A stretch of 63,999 bases of DNA, the filler included, from Perkinsus olseni (taxonomy: Eukaryota), in NCBI GenBank assembly GCA_013115125.1. It is 31 parts of 31 records of this genome, joined end to end, with 100 filler letters (N's around TTAATTAATTAA, not from the genome) between each part and the next. Parts side by side here need not be neighbours in the genome. Positions count along the whole stretch, not along the records: positions 60,302 to 62,222 come from JABANN010001695.1; positions 62,323 to 63,999 come from JABANN010001785.1; 29 more parts are not named here. One strand, given 5' to 3'. This document shows positions 60,351 to 63,999 of the stretch, in pieces (position 1 is the first letter of the stretch; each line of letters begins with the position of its first letter). The translations under genes were made by a program, and so were the position numbers. The notes under the pieces were generated by a model. That model was not told where the DNA came from, did not search any database, and saw only the letters and a program-made list of their open reading frames with translations.

Positions 60351-62212
60351 GTCGCCGGTCCTTTGGTCGTGGCTGATAACATGTCCGGTTCTAAGATGTA
60401 TGAGGTGGTTCGTGTTGGTTGGGAGAATCTTGTCGGAGAGATTATTAAGATTGAGGGCGATACCGCCTCTATTCAGGTAACCATCATCATCATCATCATC
60501 ATCATAATAATAATAACCACCCTTATTTATTAGATTATTATTAGGTTTATGAGGATACTGCCGGTCTAACTGTTGGTGATCCGGTTGTTAAGACTGGTAA
60601 ACCTCTTGCTCTTGAGCTAGGACCTGGTATTCTTAATAATATCTTTGATGGTATCCAACGTCCTTTGGAGCGTATTCGTCATCTATCTGGATCATTATTC
60701 ATCCCCCGTGGTGTTGATGTTGCTGCTCTTGATGCCGATAAACTCTATGAGTTTAAGCCTGCTGCTAACGTACGTGTTGGTGATCTCGTAACTGGTGGTG
60801 ATATCATTGGTTTTGTTGTTGAGAATGGTTTATTCAGTAATCATAAGGTTATGGTACCCCCGGGTAATCAAGGACGTGTTCAATGGATTGCTCCTAATGG
60901 TAACTACTCTGTCCATACTTGTTTAATGGAACTTGAAGATTATCAAGGAGAGGTTACTAAATTATCTATGGCACATAGTTGGCCTGTAAGACATGCTCGT
61001 CCTTGTGTTGAGAAACTACCTGGTATTGCCCCTATGCTTACTTGTCAACGTGTTATTGATGCTTTATTCCCAACTACTCTTGGTGGTACTTGTGCTGTAC
61101 CTGGTGCTTTCGGTTGTGGTAAGACCGTTATCTCCCAATCATTAGCTAAATACTCCAATAGTGATGTTGTTGTTTATGTTGGTTGTGGTGAACGTGGTAA
61201 TGAGATGGCTGAGGTCTTAACCGAATTCCCCCAACTTACTACTCTTATCAATGGTAAAGAAGAACAGATCATGCAACGTACTACTTTGGTTGCTAATACC
61301 TCTAATATGCCTGTTGCTGCTCGTGAGGCATCTGTCTATACTGGTGTTACTACTGCGGAGTATTTCCGTGATATGGGTCTTAACGTTAGTATGATGGCCG
61401 ATTCTACCTCTCGTTGGGCTGAGGCACTTCGTGAAATCTCTGGTCGTTTGGCTGAGATGCCTGCTGATTCTGGTTATCCTGCTTATCTCGGTGCTCGTCT
61501 TGCTTCTTTCTATGAGCGTGCAGGACGTGTAAAGTGTATGGGTTCCCCTGATCGTGAAGGTGCGGTAACTATTGTTGGTGCTGTATCTCCTCCTGGTGGT
61601 GATTTCACGGATCCTGTTACCTCCGCAACCTTGTCTATTGTACAAGTATTCTGGGGTTTGGATAAGAAATTGGCACAAAGAAAGCATTTCCCTTCCATTA
61701 ACTGGAATATATCATTCTCTAAGTATACTCGTGCCTTGGAGCCCTTCTTCAACAAGTATGATAATGAGTATTCTGCTTTACAACAGAAGGTTAAGGAGAT
61801 CCTTCAGACTGAAGATGATCTACAAGAAATCGTACAATTGGTTGGTCGTGATTCACTTTCTGAAGATCAGAAATGTACTCTTGAGGTTGCTCGTATCATT
61901 CGTGAAGATTTCCTTCAACAGAATGGTTTCAGTGATTATGATTATATGTGCCCTCTACCCAAGACTGTTGGTATGATGAAATGCATTTGCCATTTCTATG
62001 ATGCTGCTCAGAGATGCTTGGCCGAGAATCATGGTGATAAGACTATTGGATGGTCTCAGATATCTACTGGTTGCAAGGATGTTATCATCGCTATCACCAA
62101 CATGAAGTTTGAGATGCCCCAACATAGTGAAGAGGATTTCGATAAATTCTTTGCTAATCTTGCTAACCAGATTGATACATCATTCCAGAATCTTGTGGAT
62201 GAGGCTAACTAA
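60351..62212 (+). CDS. VMA1: V-type ATPase catalytic subunit A (exons 60351-60476 and 60545-62212; first exon missing)
   Basis: [20 protein letters not shown], Walker [39 protein letters not shown]. 68-nt GT-AG intron. No intein. Confidence 0.97.
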
Positions 62213-62558
62213 TGACAACAACNNNNNNNNNNNNNNNNNNNNNNNNNNNNNNNNNNNNNNNNNNNNTTAATTAATTAANNNNNNNNNNNNNNNNNNNNNN
62301 NNNNNNNNNNNNNNNNNNNNNNGCTTCAAACACGCAATATGGCATGAATTAGACTGATTTTAGTGATTTGCATATCGAATTGGAACACCCTGTAAGCCGA
62401 AGTGATGGACAAAGTGGGGTCACTGCAGAGTAGCAGTCGAAAGGAGAGCTTCGGGTGAAGATAGCGGACAGGATATCCGTTCACAATCTCCGGGACAACA
62501 ACAACACAACAAGAGTATGCTAAACCACATTACACATCTTCATCTCCTCGTGGCAGCG

Positions 62559-63107
62559 TCACTCACTGCGGGCGCGGCGCTCCAAGGTGAGGTGGTTCAC
62601 AAAGAACTTCTCGGTCGCCATGGGTCGTTTAACATCGTGATGGTGATCTTGAGATTGAAGGAAGACCCCTGTCAGGCAGGCTAAGTCCACTCGCACGCTA
62701 TTCGAGGCTTGAAGAGCTAGTCCAGACTCGAGCGCGGTTGTGCCGTTGAAAGCCCTACACAACTTATCAGCAAACTCATTGAAGGTTATTCCCTCTGTTC
62801 CAACCATGTAAGTATCCTCCACCGTTATGGTCGAGGTGTCCGTGTCCAGCTGCATCTCGAAGAAGGTGTTCCATTTTTTCGGCGGTCGGAAGAAGGACCG
62901 TACCATGGACTCGGGTCCCTCGGTCATAACGAGCCTGCCGTGCATCAGTCCGGCATCCGAGGCAGTGAGCAGCTTTAGTTCGGATATTCCATCAGGGAGA
63001 TCGTCCTTAGGGGCGGTGAAGGTGGCAGAGGGAAGCACAGGAGGGGCCGCGCTATCAACGAGGATAGTCGGCAACAGTACGAGAAGCACGAAGGGAGGGA
63101 AGGACAT
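62559..63107 (-). CDS. Secreted hypothetical protein (~182 aa)
   Basis: MSFPPFVLLVLLPTILVDSA signal-peptide-like N-terminus, intact ORF. Confidence 0.65.
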   Translation of the reverse strand: MSFPPFVLLVLLPTILVDSAAPPVLPSATFTAPKDDLPDGISELKLLTASDAGLMHGRLVMTEGPESMVRSFFRPPKKWNTFFEMQLDTDTSTITVEDTYMVGTEGITFNEFADKLCRAFNGTTALESGLALQASNSVRVDLACLTGVFLQSQDHHHDVKRPMATEKFFVNHLTLERRARSE

Positions 63108-63999
63108 TATGAAGCCGGACTGACCAGAAGCTGGAAGAACGATCCACAGCCTTGGTGGCAAGGCACGACACTCTAGTCTCTACAGCAAGGGACGATGATG
63201 GTGGGGGTGCTGCCCCCGATCGCAAAAGCCAAAACCATGCATCCTGGGTCCTCGCGAAGCACTATGATTCGGCATCGTAGAGGAGTGCACCCTGATCGGC
63301 AGCCGATCAGGATTACATGGAGTGTGTCTTCGGCGCAGGCTCGACACCCTGCTGAGAGTCGATCTTGCTTCTTTGACCACTAGGGGGGAGCCTGCATGGA
63401 CTCCCCAGTCGTTTCAGGAACCCAGATCTCTCGCGTCTGGTCGCAGCCTCATTCGAAGTGAGCACCGAACGCGACCCCCTTAACATGGCGCAGATGACGA
63501 CAGGCGGAAGAGGGTGACAGTCTCGATCGCCTAGTCCGTCACTCTTTCCGCGCGAGGTCTCCATGTCTGCAGATTGCAGGGAAGGGCTTCTCCGTCAACC
63601 ATGGCGCTGTGAGCATCTCATCCTGCTTGGCTGGCGAGACGGTTGAGCCCATCTCGGCGCGACGGAAAACCCTCGCGGGCGGGGGAATTCCCAGTATGTT
63701 CGCCCTTGGCTGGCATGGTGGTCACCCATCAGTTTTCTAGCAGGTGGCTCATCTCAAGTGTTTTGCTCAGAAAGGGACTCAACAATTCCGAAGGAGAACG
63801 AGAGTGCTTCACGTGGGAACGACTAGGTCTGGGCCAGAAACAAACCGAAAGCATTGGAGAAAACACGTGACGGTGACTGCACTAATGTGCAGAGCACTCC
63901 AGTACAAAACCAGAAGGACACAACAGTGCAAACCTAGGCCCGATCGCAGCTTCCCACCCAAAACTCGTCAACTCGACTCGTCCCGCCCTGCCGATCAAA

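Noticed and set aside
61100-61200. VMA1-type intein
   Set aside because: [11 protein letters not shown] is uninterrupted.
2033-62322. Regularly spaced TTAATTAATTAA palindromes, and ORFs ending in X...LIN
   Set aside because: Artificial contig linkers. They are not a repeat array, and no cross-contig operon or synteny can be inferred.

Overview
This is not a contiguous locus. It is 31 unrelated ~1.9-2.0 kb contigs sorted by decreasing length, joined by a 100-nt artificial linker (N44-TTAATTAATTAA-N44, stops in all frames), so adjacency across linkers means nothing. The DNA is eukaryotic, with short ~50-90 nt GT-AG introns. It is almost certainly from Perkinsus (Perkinsozoa, Alveolata): there is a complete spliced-leader RNA gene with the Perkinsus-type 22-nt leader ACCGTAGCCATCTTGGCTCAAG, and an EFL elongation-factor gene fragment. 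About half the contigs are mobile-element pieces: gag/protease/RT/RNase H/integrase, LTRs with PPT or PBS, a DIRS/Ngaro-type tyrosine recombinase and MULE-like fragments. The rest are host gene fragments (V-ATPase A, EFL, ABCB/MDR transporter, ankyrin proteins, glucosidase II alpha, CDF transporter, GT61-like, EF-hand, BAG-like, secreted orphans) and three tRNAs. The most interesting signals are: (1) the SL RNA gene with an upstream hierarchical 85/170-bp array of 16 regularly spaced B-box-like GTTCRA motifs; (2) a Gypsy integrase ending in a LOTUS/OST-HTH-like domain; (3) a ~310-nt highly structured unassigned RNA-like element just upstream of tRNA-Ser; (4) a protease-bearing retrotransposon lineage mixing BEL-like and DIRS-like motifs, one copy with WVDD; (5) a textbook -1 frameshift signal with a pseudoknot; and (6) a donor-less SL copy. 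All domain calls come from motif recognition by eye; no searches were run.
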